Source: Mesotaenium endlicherianum (taxonomy: Eukaryota). Taken from it: DNA of 64,000 bases. Made by a program: the position numbers and the translations under genes. Under the pieces are notes generated by a model. The model did not search any database and was not told where the DNA came from. It saw only the letters and a list, made by a program, of their open reading frames with translations. Location: NCBI GenBank assembly GCA_009602735.1, contig WELA01000930.1, forward strand, positions 1-64,000, read 5' to 3'. Of the stretch, positions 48,014 through 57,707 are shown piece after piece. Numbering within the stretch: the stretch's first letter is position 1; the number at the start of each line of letters is the position of its first letter.

Positions 48014-51000
48014 ATGCTACGGAATACCAGGTATCTTATATTACTATTCGCCGCTATACCCTTCTTTTTGCTATCGTCCTGCAAAAGTAAAGCTCCTCTT
48101 TTCAGCCGTCTGACCTCAGATCAAACGAATATTCATTTCAATAATCAGATCACTGAAACGGACTCGATCAATGTGCTTGATTTTGAAAATGTATATAACG
48201 GCGGTGGTGTAGGTGTGGGTGATTTCAACAACGATGGGCTACCCGATCTTTATTTTACAGGCAATCTCGTTTCCAATAAACTTTATCTGAACAAAGGGGG
48301 ATTCAAATTTGATGATATTACTGCGCAGGCAGGTGTAACAGGAGGTGGGAAATGGTGTCGTGGGGTTGCCGTAGTTGATATCAATAATGATGGTTGGATG
48401 GATATCTATGTGTGTGCTACGCTGAAAAAAAATCCAGCCTTGAGAGAAAGTTTGCTATATATCAATCAAGGGGTTGACAAAAAAGGAATACCCCATTTCA
48501 AAGAGATGGCAAAAGAATACGGGTTGGCCGATACCAGTCACAATACACAAGCTGCTTTTTTCGATTACGACAATGATGGAGATCTTGATGTGTACATTGC
48601 GACGAACGAAATCATCAAATACGATTATCCCAATCGATTCAGGCCTATTTTGAAAGACGGGAGCCATCCGAGTACTGATAAGTTGTATCGCAACGATTGG
48701 GATTCATCACTTGGGCACCCGGTATTCACCAATGTATCCAAAGGAGCAGGCATATTGATAGAAGGATATTCACATGCAGTAACGATTGCTGATATTAATA
48801 AAGATGGATGGAAAGATATCTATGTGACGAATGACTATCTGTCGAACGATTTGTTATGGATCAATAATCATGATGGCACATTTACAGAGAAACTTTCTAC
48901 CTATTTCAAACATACATCTGCCAATGCCATGGGGAATGATATTGTAGATATTAATAACGATGGGCTGGCAGATGTGATTACATTGGACATGAACCCGGAA
49001 GATAATTACCGGAAAAAAATGATGCTCAATCCCAATAGTTATCAAACTTATCAGAATAGCGACTATTTTGGCTACTCTTACCAGTATGTGCGTAATACGC
49101 TTCAGTTGAATCAAGGGCCAAGGGTACTGCAAAATGATACCATTGGAGATCCTGTATTCGGCGAGGTCTCTTTTTATGCAGGTATTGCTGAAACCGACTG
49201 GAGCTGGGCACCGGTGGTGGCAGATTTTGATAATGATGGCAACCGGGACATCATCATTACCAATGGCTTTCCAAAAGATGTCACGGATCATGACTTTGTA
49301 ACATTCCGCAATGAGTCTTATTCGATAGCAACAAAGAAGCAGCTGTTGGAACAAATACCTGCTGTGAAAATTCACAATTATGCATTTAAAAACAATGGGA
49401 ACCTTCATTTCACCAACGCATCCAGTGAATGGGGCATGAATACACCCAGTTTTTCAAATGGAGCGGTTTATGTTGACCTGGATAATGACGGTGATCTTGA
49501 TCTGGTAGTCAACAACATCAACGACGAAGCGATGGTGTATAAAAATAACAGCAGGGAAAGAGACAGTACCACCACCCGTTTCCTGAATATTCGTTTTGAT
49601 GGCACAGCGCAGAACAAAAACGGACTGGGTGTCTGGGCCGATATTTATTATGACCACGGGCAACACCAGGTATGGGAAAATACACCTTATAGGGGATACC
49701 TCTCATCTATGGATAACCGCATTCATTTTGGACTGGGAACTACTACTACGATCGATTCGGTTTGCATCACATGGCCGGATGGGAAAAAACAGCGACTAGA
49801 TCATGTGCGGGCGGATCAATGGTTGACAATAAAAGCATCAGATGCTCAAATGAATACATTACCCCCTCCTGCTTTATTAGCATCAGACGCGCTATTCAAA
49901 GAAGTGACGGGCTCGCTTGATATTCATTATCAACACGAAGAAAGAGATTTTATCGATTTTAATATTCAGAAACTGATACCGCATAAACTATCTGAATATG
50001 GTCCCGGTATGGCTGTTGGCGATGTTGATGGTAATGGATTAGATGATATTATAATAGGAGGATCTTTTGGGAACGCTACTCAGATATTGCTCCAACAACC
50101 CAATGGTAAGTTTGTACAAAAAAATATTCAATCTGATAAAGGCTTTGGAGCCAAACAATGGGAAGACCTTGGATTGTTGTTATTTGATGCCGATGGAGAT
50201 GGTGATCTGGACTTATATATTGCTGCGGGCGGCTTCGAGAATGAACACAATACACCTGTATATCAGGACAAACTGTATGTAAATGATGGTAAAGGAAACT
50301 TTACATTAGATACAGTAGCGCTCCCGAAAAATTTTACCAGCAAATTCTGTGTGCGTGCCATTGATTACGATAAAGACGGAGACCTTGATCTTTTCATCGC
50401 AGGACGTGTAGATCCCTGGAACTATCCCAAACCAGTTTCCAGTTTCATCTACCGTAACGATTCCAAAGACGGCCATATCAAGTTTACCGATATTACCCAA
50501 CAAGTAGCCAAAGACCTCACCAACATTGGCATGGTATGCGACGCAGTCTTTACCGATTTTGATAACGATGGTTGGCCCGACCTGGTGCTGGCAGGAGAGT
50601 GGATGCCGCTGACTTTCCTGAAAAATAACAAAGGAGTCTTTACCAATGTAACCGCTCAATCTGGTATCAGCAACCAATTAGGCTGGTGGAATACCATTGC
50701 AGCCGGTGATTTTGACAACGATGGCCGTATTGATTATGTTGTGGGCAACCTGGGACAAAACTCATTTTACCGTGCTTCTGATCAATACCCTGTTTCCATT
50801 TACGCCAAAGATTTTGACAACAATGGCAGCCTCGATGCTTTTCCATCATTGTACCTGCCGGCTACCATCACCGATCCAACGAAGAAAGAATTCCCCGCGC
50901 AGAACCGGGATGATGTGGTGAAGCAGATGATTAGTATGCGAACGAAATTTCAGAACTACAAATCATTTGCTACCGCTACTATGGACCAGTTGTTCACCAA

Positions 51001-51607
51001 AGAACAACTGCAGGGAGCATTGATACTACATGCCAACCAATTCAATTCCTGTTTTGTAAAAAATGAAGGTAATGGCCGTTTCAGCCTGCATCCTTTGCCG
51101 GCCCAGGCGCAATTCTCTGTGCTGAATGGCATGCTGGTAGAAGATTTCGACGGAGACGGCAACCTGGATGTTTTGATCAATGGCAACGATTATGGTACGG
51201 AGGTTTCCGTAGGGCGTTATGATGCTTTAAACGGCTTGCTGCTGAAAGGAAACGGCAAAGGAGATTTTGCGCCGATGTCTATTTTGCAGAGCGGCATTTT
51301 CATACCCGGCAACGGTAAAGCGTTGGCCAAACTGCGGTCAGCTTCCGGTAAATGCCTGGTAGCAGCCACGCAGAACAGGGGGCCTTTGAAAGTCTTTGAA
51401 GAAAAACAACCCGTTCGTTGCGTAGTACTGCAACCAAATGATGTGTTTGCTGTTATTCAATACAAAAACGGAAAAAAACAAAAACGGGAGATTGGTTACG
51501 GCGTTTCTTTCCTGTCGCAGTCAGCCAGGTTCCTGAATATTGAAGCCGGTGTGCAATCCGTTATTATTACAGACAATAGAGGGGCGTCGCGTTCGGTTCC
51601 TCTTTAA
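48014..51607 (+). CDS. FG-GAP/VCBS repeat lipoprotein with ASPIC/UnbV domain
   Basis: Lipobox LSSC; many DxDxDGxxD repeats; RGYLSS..IHFGLG...ITWPDG. Confidence 0.88.
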   Translation: MLRNTRYLILLFAAIPFFLLSSCKSKAPLFSRLTSDQTNIHFNNQITETDSINVLDFENVYNGGGVGVGDFNNDGLPDLYFTGNLVSNKLYLNKGGFKFDDITAQAGVTGGGKWCRGVAVVDINNDGWMDIYVCATLKKNPALRESLLYINQGVDKKGIPHFKEMAKEYGLADTSHNTQAAFFDYDNDGDLDVYIATNEIIKYDYPNRFRPILKDGSHPSTDKLYRNDWDSSLGHPVFTNVSKGAGILIEGYSHAVTIADINKDGWKDIYVTNDYLSNDLLWINNHDGTFTEKLSTYFKHTSANAMGNDIVDINNDGLADVITLDMNPEDNYRKKMMLNPNSYQTYQNSDYFGYSYQYVRNTLQLNQGPRVLQNDTIGDPVFGEVSFYAGIAETDWSWAPVVADFDNDGNRDIIITNGFPKDVTDHDFVTFRNESYSIATKKQLLEQIPAVKIHNYAFKNNGNLHFTNASSEWGMNTPSFSNGAVYVDLDNDGDLDLVVNNINDEAMVYKNNSRERDSTTTRFLNIRFDGTAQNKNGLGVWADIYYDHGQHQVWENTPYRGYLSSMDNRIHFGLGTTTTIDSVCITWPDGKKQRLDHVRADQWLTIKASDAQMNTLPPPALLASDALFKEVTGSLDIHYQHEERDFIDFNIQKLIPHKLSEYGPGMAVGDVDGNGLDDIIIGGSFGNATQILLQQPNGKFVQKNIQSDKGFGAKQWEDLGLLLFDADGDGDLDLYIAAGGFENEHNTPVYQDKLYVNDGKGNFTLDTVALPKNFTSKFCVRAIDYDKDGDLDLFIAGRVDPWNYPKPVSSFIYRNDSKDGHIKFTDITQQVAKDLTNIGMVCDAVFTDFDNDGWPDLVLAGEWMPLTFLKNNKGVFTNVTAQSGISNQLGWWNTIAAGDFDNDGRIDYVVGNLGQNSFYRASDQYPVSIYAKDFDNNGSLDAFPSLYLPATITDPTKKEFPAQNRDDVVKQMISMRTKFQNYKSFATATMDQLFTKEQLQGALILHANQFNSCFVKNEGNGRFSLHPLPAQAQFSVLNGMLVEDFDGDGNLDVLINGNDYGTEVSVGRYDALNGLLLKGNGKGDFAPMSILQSGIFIPGNGKALAKLRSASGKCLVAATQNRGPLKVFEEKQPVRCVVLQPNDVFAVIQYKNGKKQKREIGYGVSFLSQSARFLNIEAGVQSVIITDNRGASRSVPL

Positions 51608-51617
51608 TAAGCTGCTT

Positions 51618-52937
51618 ATGTCAAGAAAATTATTATTTCTATTCCTGATAACAAGCGTGTGCATTGCACTGGTAACTGCCTGCGGAAATAAATCCCAAAA
51701 ACCTATGGATGATGCCCAGGTAATGCACAACAGCCAGGATTTGCTTACGCAGATCATTATCTATGACGTGTTTACTCCTCCGGTGAGCAGCCGTATTTAT
51801 GTTTATTCTTCGTTGGCCGCCTATGAAGCCATCCGCTATGCAAAACCAGGGAATGCATCGCTGACTGCCCGTTTGCGTGGATTTAAGCCTATGCCTGAAC
51901 CGGAAAAAAACAAGAACTACAACTTCACGTTGGCGGCCACCAAAGCCTTTTTTACGGTGGTGCACAAAGTGGTGTTTTCACTGGATTCATTAAAGCATTT
52001 CGAAGAAACTACTTTCAACGATTTCAAAGACCGTATGGATGCAGATACGTATCAACGCTCTGTTGCTTTTGGTGAAGCGGTTGGTAAAGCAGTGTTGGAG
52101 AGGGCTAATGCAGACGGGTATATTAAGTCGAGAGGCAAACCCAAATTCCTCGGCAGCAATGCGCCGGGCAAATGGCGCCCAACGCCTCCTGATTATATGG
52201 ATGGCGTAGAATGGTGCTGGAATACCATGAAACCCCTGGTGCTGGACTCCGCTGCACAGTTCATGCCGCCCCGGCCTCCTGCATATAGCACAGATACCAA
52301 CAGCGCTTTCTTCAGGGCCAATAAAGAAGTGTATACGATTGGAAAGACGCTCACAGGCGAACAAAAGACCATTGCCAGGTATTGGGATGATAATCCTTTT
52401 GTAGTGGAACATTCCGGGCACATGATGTTCGGCAATAAAAAGATCACGCCTGCCGGCCACTGGATGGGCATTACAGCAATTGCAGCAAAACAATCGCATG
52501 CCGATGCTGTTAAAACAGCTAAGTCTTATGCGCTTACGGCCATTGCTTTGTATGATGCATTTATTTCGTGCTGGGATGAGAAATATCGCAGCAATGTGAT
52601 CCGGCCGGTTACCGTGATCAATGAATTCATCGACAGGAACTGGGTTCCGTTCCTGCAAACACCGCCCTTTCCGGAATATACCAGCGGGCACAGTACCATC
52701 ACTGCATCGGCGGCAACAGCGCTCACTGCTTTGTATGGCGATCATTTTGCTTTCCAGGATACCAGCGACTTGCATTACATAGGTATGCAACGTCATTTCA
52801 ATTCATTTCAGGATGCAGCGGCAGAAGCTTCTATCAGCCGTGTGTACGGAGGTATCCATTACCGTCATAGTGTAGACATTGGCGCCGAGTCCGGTAAAAA
52901 AGTAGGTGCTTTGGTAGTAGATAAACTGTTGAAATAA
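51618..52937 (+). CDS. Vanadium-dependent haloperoxidase / PAP2 family lipoprotein
   Basis: Lipobox VTAC; KYRSNVIRP, PPFPEYTSGH, SRVYGGIH. Confidence 0.85.
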   Translation: MSRKLLFLFLITSVCIALVTACGNKSQKPMDDAQVMHNSQDLLTQIIIYDVFTPPVSSRIYVYSSLAAYEAIRYAKPGNASLTARLRGFKPMPEPEKNKNYNFTLAATKAFFTVVHKVVFSLDSLKHFEETTFNDFKDRMDADTYQRSVAFGEAVGKAVLERANADGYIKSRGKPKFLGSNAPGKWRPTPPDYMDGVEWCWNTMKPLVLDSAAQFMPPRPPAYSTDTNSAFFRANKEVYTIGKTLTGEQKTIARYWDDNPFVVEHSGHMMFGNKKITPAGHWMGITAIAAKQSHADAVKTAKSYALTAIALYDAFISCWDEKYRSNVIRPVTVINEFIDRNWVPFLQTPPFPEYTSGHSTITASAATALTALYGDHFAFQDTSDLHYIGMQRHFNSFQDAAAEASISRVYGGIHYRHSVDIGAESGKKVGALVVDKLLK

Positions 52938-52945
52938 AACCGTCT

Positions 52946-53629
52946 TCAACCCCATTGAAAAGAAAAACCATTGGGCAAACCCAGTGATGTTTCTGACAAA
53001 CGCAGGTGTGTGAAATCAGGTATCACCAGCACAGCGCCTTCGGCCAGCAATCCTTTTTCGGCCGCAGCATTGCCGATGCCAATGGCATGCATACCGGCGG
53101 CAACCGCTGAACGGATACCACTCACGGCATCTTCAAAGACAAGACATTGAGCAGGAGACAGGTTCAACTGCTCAGCCATTTTCCGGTAAGGTTCAGGATC
53201 GGGTTTGCCTTTTGTTACATCATGCGCCGTAACAAAAGAAATAAATGATTGCTCCAGCCCATGCTTTTGCAACATCTGCACCATGCGGCTTTTGTGGGAA
53301 CTGGTCACTACCCCGGTGGTGATTTTTTGTTTGCGAAGGAACTGGATGAATGATACAACACCTGTAATGGCGGCCGGATTTATTTCATTGTTGAGCGCAT
53401 CGGCTGCATGCCTGATGGCTTGTTTGGTAGCTTCGGTAACATGAGGAAACAAAACCTGGATGGTCTCAGTACCTTTCCTGCCATGAATATGCATGCGCAC
53501 CAACTCATCTGTGAGCGCTACATTTTCCCTGGCAGCCCATCGGTGCCAGAATTTTTCAATTTCCGGGTTGGAATCAATGATCACTCCGTCGAGATCGAAA
53601 ATGACTGCTTTGATAATAGGGGCCGACAT
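52946..53629 (-). CDS. HAD-family sugar phosphatase / beta-phosphoglucomutase-like
   Basis: FDLDGVIIDS, GKPDPEPY, VFEDA. Confidence 0.85.
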   Translation of the reverse strand: MSAPIIKAVIFDLDGVIIDSNPEIEKFWHRWAARENVALTDELVRMHIHGRKGTETIQVLFPHVTEATKQAIRHAADALNNEINPAAITGVVSFIQFLRKQKITTGVVTSSHKSRMVQMLQKHGLEQSFISFVTAHDVTKGKPDPEPYRKMAEQLNLSPAQCLVFEDAVSGIRSAVAAGMHAIGIGNAAAEKGLLAEGAVLVIPDFTHLRLSETSLGLPNGFSFQWG

Positions 53630-53648
53630 ACTTTGTTTTTAGTTCGCT

Positions 53649-54422
53649 TCACCATCCACCCTGCAATCCTTCCAGCAGGGCTTGTTGGTATTTACGCAAA
53701 TTGAATGAATAAAGATAGGGCGCTTTGTGAGCGCCGCCCTTTCGTGTTTCTTTCAACCTTCGCAGGATGCCATAGCTGTTCATGCGCCGCTGAAAATTTC
53801 TACGATCGAGTTTTTTACCAAGGATGGTTTCGTACAGGGTTTGCAATTCAGGCATGGTAAACTTATCAGGTAACAAGTTATAACCGATGGGCTGGTAGTT
53901 CAATTGCTGGCGCAGTGTCTCCAATGCTTTGTCCAGGATTTGCCTGTGATCCATGAACAGGTTACCGATGTCGTGGAGATGCTGCCACTCACAGGCAACA
54001 GAAGTATTGTCGGGCATAGGCGTTACGTGCGAAAATTCAACCAGTGCATAAAAACCCACGGTAATGAAACGGTTCAGCAACCAATGGTCTTTTTCAGCCT
54101 GTATACCCAATTTTTTTAGCCTGTTTGAATGGTATTTCCGGTCCGACCTGGCAGGGTCGCCGAACACATGAAATTGTTGCAGGAAAATATCATTGATACC
54201 GGTGCGTTCCTGTAATACCCTTGTTGCGGCAGCCTCCAGCGCTTCATCCTTATAAACAAATCCTCCCGGAAGGGCCCAATGATCGGTATGCTCCATTTTG
54301 AGCAGCAATACTTTCAACTGGTTATCGTGAAAACCAAAGATCACACAGTCCAGCGAAAGGCCCGGGTGGAACAATTTTCCACCTTTTTCCATAAACTCAC
54401 GAATGTTCTTTAGTGTTCGCAT
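53649..54422 (-). CDS. NUDIX + winged-helix transcriptional regulator (NrtR/AraR-like)
   Basis: DCVIFGF, WALPGGFV..E..AA.RVL.ERTG, FTMPELQ, LDRRNFQR. Confidence 0.9.
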   Translation of the reverse strand: MRTLKNIREFMEKGGKLFHPGLSLDCVIFGFHDNQLKVLLLKMEHTDHWALPGGFVYKDEALEAAATRVLQERTGINDIFLQQFHVFGDPARSDRKYHSNRLKKLGIQAEKDHWLLNRFITVGFYALVEFSHVTPMPDNTSVACEWQHLHDIGNLFMDHRQILDKALETLRQQLNYQPIGYNLLPDKFTMPELQTLYETILGKKLDRRNFQRRMNSYGILRRLKETRKGGAHKAPYLYSFNLRKYQQALLEGLQGGW

Positions 54423-54488
54423 ACCACACCGAAAATAAGCGAAACCTTCCTGCCAAACAATTTTGAAATTGGATCAGAAATGATTATC

Positions 54489-54509
54489 ATTGTGTCATAA
54501 CGACGCATT
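54489..54509. promoter_or_regulatory. Putative NrtR/AraR-type operator between the regulator and GH3
   Basis: ATTGTGT-CATAACG-ACGCATT, a GT-N7-AC palindrome in the divergent promoter region. Confidence 0.65.
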
Positions 54510-54523
54510 GAAAAACTAACCCC

Positions 54524-56431
54524 ATGAAACAGCTTGCCATTTCTACGCGGTTCAGGTGGTGGATTGCTGCACCCCTGCTGCTGGTTTCCTTTTGCTGGAA
54601 ACCCATTATTACCCAAGCCCAGCCTGCTTTCCGAGACTTGAACAAGAACGGGAAAATGGATGTGTATGAAGACAAAACGCAGCCTGTCGAAGCGCGCGTG
54701 AACAACCTGCTTTCACAGATGACACTGGAAGAAAAAGCAGGTATGCTATTCATCAATGGTGCAAGGATCAACGACGACGGCTCCCTGGAGGAGAAGCCGG
54801 CGAAAGGCATGTTTGCTTTTGCGCCCACTGCTCCCAAACTGATGCGGGAAAAATTAATGAACCATTTCAACCTCTGGCAGGTGCCGGGTATCCACGCACT
54901 GGCCACCTGGTACAACAATGTACAGCGCCTGGCAGAAAGTACGCGACTGGGAATACCGGTGACCATCGCTTCCGATCCGAGGCATGCCTTCAGCAGCAGC
55001 ATTTTTGCGATGGCAGCTAATGGGTTCTCGCTTTGGTGTGAACCATTAGGCTTTGCCGCCATCGGCGATGAAGCATTCACCAGGAAGTTTGCAGATGTGG
55101 TAAGACAGGAATATATTGCTGTGGGTATACGCGAAGCGTTGCATCCGATGGCCGACCTGTCTACCGAACCACGCTGGCCACGCATCAGCGGTACGTTTGG
55201 AGAAGACGCACAGCTCTCCGCAAAAATGACCTATGCTTATGTAGAAGGACTGCAAGGCGCTAAACTCGGTAGCACCAGTGTGGCGGCCATGACCAAACAT
55301 TTTTCCGGCGGTGGTCCTCAGAAAGAAGGACTCGACCCTCATTTTGCATTCCAGAAAGGACAGGTTTATCCCGGCAAGAATTTCAATTATCACCTGATCC
55401 CATTCGAAGCCGCTTTCAAAGCCCATACGGCCGCTATCATGCCTTATTATGGCGTACCGATGAACCAGACCGATGAGAATGTAGGATTCTCTTATAATAA
55501 AGCGATCATTACCGGCTTGTTACGCAATAAGTATCATTACGATGGAGTGGTATGTACCGATTGGGGCCTGGTCACAGATGCGCATATGGGATCTTATGTG
55601 TGGCCGGCACGTGCCTGGGGTGTTGAAAATTTATCCGCAGAAGAAAGGGTATTGAAGATCATCAATGCCGGCGTAGACCAGTTCGGTGGAGAAAACCTGC
55701 CGGAGATCGTTATTCAACTGGTGAAAGAAGGTAAGCTCAAAGAAAGCCGGATCGATGTTTCTGTAAAGAGATTATTACGACAGAAATTCGAACTGGGACT
55801 TTTTGACAATCCTTATGTAGATGTGGAGAAAGCCACACAGATCGTAGGAAAAGAGGCTTTCCGCAAACTCGGCGATGAATCCCAGCGCAGGTCCATGATC
55901 TTATTGAAGAATCAATCGAATACCCTTCCTTTAACAGCAGGAAAGCTGAAAATCTATGTGGAGCACATCGACCCCAAAGTAGCTGCGGAATATGGTACAG
56001 TGGTAGAAAAACCTGAACAGGCCGATCTGGCGATCATCCGGCTGAATACACCCTGGGTACCAGCCGACACTGCCAATTTCCTGGCCAAAATGTTCCATCA
56101 TGGCGATCTCGATTTCAAAGGAGCGGTGAAAGATAATATCCTTCATTTGCTGAATACAGTGCCTACGATCGTGGATATTTTTCTCGACCGCCCGGCCGTG
56201 ATACCGGAAATCAGCGCCAAGGCCAAAGGACTGCTGGCAGATTTCGGTGCAAGTGACGCCGCAGTTCTCGATGTGGTCTTTGGTAAATACCACCCGGGTG
56301 GTAAACTGCCTTTTGAACTGCCTTCTTCCATGGAAGCTGTTCGTAATCAGAAAGAAGACCTGCCCCATGACTCCAAGGATCCATTGTATCCTTTCGGGTT
56401 TGGATTACATTATTCATCCTTAAAAAAATAA
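54524..56431 (+). CDS. Glycoside hydrolase family 3 (beta-glucosidase-like), secreted
   Basis: MTLEEKAG, TRLGIP, TKHF, VCTDW nucleophile motif, GKLPFELP. Confidence 0.92.
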   Translation: MKQLAISTRFRWWIAAPLLLVSFCWKPIITQAQPAFRDLNKNGKMDVYEDKTQPVEARVNNLLSQMTLEEKAGMLFINGARINDDGSLEEKPAKGMFAFAPTAPKLMREKLMNHFNLWQVPGIHALATWYNNVQRLAESTRLGIPVTIASDPRHAFSSSIFAMAANGFSLWCEPLGFAAIGDEAFTRKFADVVRQEYIAVGIREALHPMADLSTEPRWPRISGTFGEDAQLSAKMTYAYVEGLQGAKLGSTSVAAMTKHFSGGGPQKEGLDPHFAFQKGQVYPGKNFNYHLIPFEAAFKAHTAAIMPYYGVPMNQTDENVGFSYNKAIITGLLRNKYHYDGVVCTDWGLVTDAHMGSYVWPARAWGVENLSAEERVLKIINAGVDQFGGENLPEIVIQLVKEGKLKESRIDVSVKRLLRQKFELGLFDNPYVDVEKATQIVGKEAFRKLGDESQRRSMILLKNQSNTLPLTAGKLKIYVEHIDPKVAAEYGTVVEKPEQADLAIIRLNTPWVPADTANFLAKMFHHGDLDFKGAVKDNILHLLNTVPTIVDIFLDRPAVIPEISAKAKGLLADFGASDAAVLDVVFGKYHPGGKLPFELPSSMEAVRNQKEDLPHDSKDPLYPFGFGLHYSSLKK

Positions 56432-56432
56432 T

Positions 56433-57356
56433 ATGCACAACAGAAGATCCTTCCTCAAACAAACATCTGCGTTGGCGCTTGGCAGCCTGCTGCTGAACAA
56501 GGAAATGCTGGCCGCAGATTTCAAGAAAAAATATCCTGGTATAGGCCTGCAATTGTTCACACTTTTTGGTGTGATAGACCAGGATGTGCCCGGCAGCTTG
56601 CAAAAAATAGCCGATACCGGTTATAAAGAAATTGAATCGGCATTCAGCAGAAAGGGCGGGTATTATGGAATGAAGCCCAAAGAGTTTGCTGCCATGCTTA
56701 AAGACAAAGGCATGAACTGGCGGTCACATCATGTGCTGGGCGCTCCTTTTAAAATGCCGCCCGGCGCCAAAATGCCAACAGGTGCCGATGGCAAACCCAT
56801 CACCATACCACCAATGAGGAACCTGCGCGACAATTACCAGGAATTGGTAGATGAAGTTGCAGAAGGCGGAGCTACTTACCTGGTATGTGCGAGCACACCG
56901 TTTGAAACAACAGAAGAACTCAAAACTTCCATAGAAGTATTGAATAAAACATCAGAGGCAGCCCAAAAAGCCGGCTTGCTGTTTGCTTACCATAACCACG
57001 ACAGGGAATTCAAAGACCATAACGGTGTGATTCCTTATGACCTGTTGTTATCAGAAACCGATGCCGATAAAATGAAGATGGAATTGGACCTGGCCTGGAC
57101 CATCAAGGCAGGAAAAGATCCGGTAGAAATGTTCAAACAACATCCTGGCCGCTTCCATTTATGGCATGTGAAAGACCTCGATGCAACGCATGAACACATA
57201 CTAGAAGTAGGAACAGGTTCCATCGATTTCAAGCGCATTTTTGCACATGCGCATACATCCGGTATGAAATATTTCTTCGTAGAACAGGATGGGGCGCCGA
57301 AGCCTTTTGAGAACATCGCTACCAGCTATCGTAATATTCATCAGCTGTTGCAATAA
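56433..57356 (+). CDS. Tat-exported sugar phosphate isomerase/epimerase (xylose-isomerase-like TIM barrel)
   Basis: RRSFLK twin-Arg signal; YHNHDREF, MELD, HVKD, FVEQD. Confidence 0.88.
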   Translation: MHNRRSFLKQTSALALGSLLLNKEMLAADFKKKYPGIGLQLFTLFGVIDQDVPGSLQKIADTGYKEIESAFSRKGGYYGMKPKEFAAMLKDKGMNWRSHHVLGAPFKMPPGAKMPTGADGKPITIPPMRNLRDNYQELVDEVAEGGATYLVCASTPFETTEELKTSIEVLNKTSEAAQKAGLLFAYHNHDREFKDHNGVIPYDLLLSETDADKMKMELDLAWTIKAGKDPVEMFKQHPGRFHLWHVKDLDATHEHILEVGTGSIDFKRIFAHAHTSGMKYFFVEQDGAPKPFENIATSYRNIHQLLQ

Positions 57357-57381
57357 ACAACAGCTGATGAATAGGTATGCA

Positions 57382-57702
57382 TTACCGCGCCTGGATAGAA
57401 TCGTAGACAACTACCTTATTCCACAGGTGTTTGCAGGTGTCTATAAAATGCAAGTGAATCGGATCGATCTGGTAGGCATCCTGATCTTCCTGGTTGGCAA
57501 ATACTGCCAGCCAGGAAAATGCGTAACTGGTATCAATGACGTCGCGGTTGGTGCCTGCAGGTATGCCAATATGGAATTGTTGTATAGAAGGCACTTTACT
57601 TAATGCCTGTAAACCCGCCAGCAATGCTGCATGATCTTCCTGGCTGACTGGATTGCCGAGCCAGAAATAAACATGGTGTACGAAAAGGTCTTGTGTTAGC
57701 AT
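57382..57702 (-). CDS. Dabb (stress-responsive A/B barrel) protein
   Basis: FVHHVYFWL...YQIDPIH...VVVYDS. Confidence 0.85.
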   Translation of the reverse strand: MLTQDLFVHHVYFWLGNPVSQEDHAALLAGLQALSKVPSIQQFHIGIPAGTNRDVIDTSYAFSWLAVFANQEDQDAYQIDPIHLHFIDTCKHLWNKVVVYDSIQAR

Positions 57703-57707
57703 GATAT

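Noticed and set aside
48014..51607. Recurring GATxxxGATGG-like motifs suggesting a DNA repeat array or CRISPR
   Set aside because: They are protein-level FG-GAP DxDxDG repeats. There are no identical spaced direct repeats and no cas genes.
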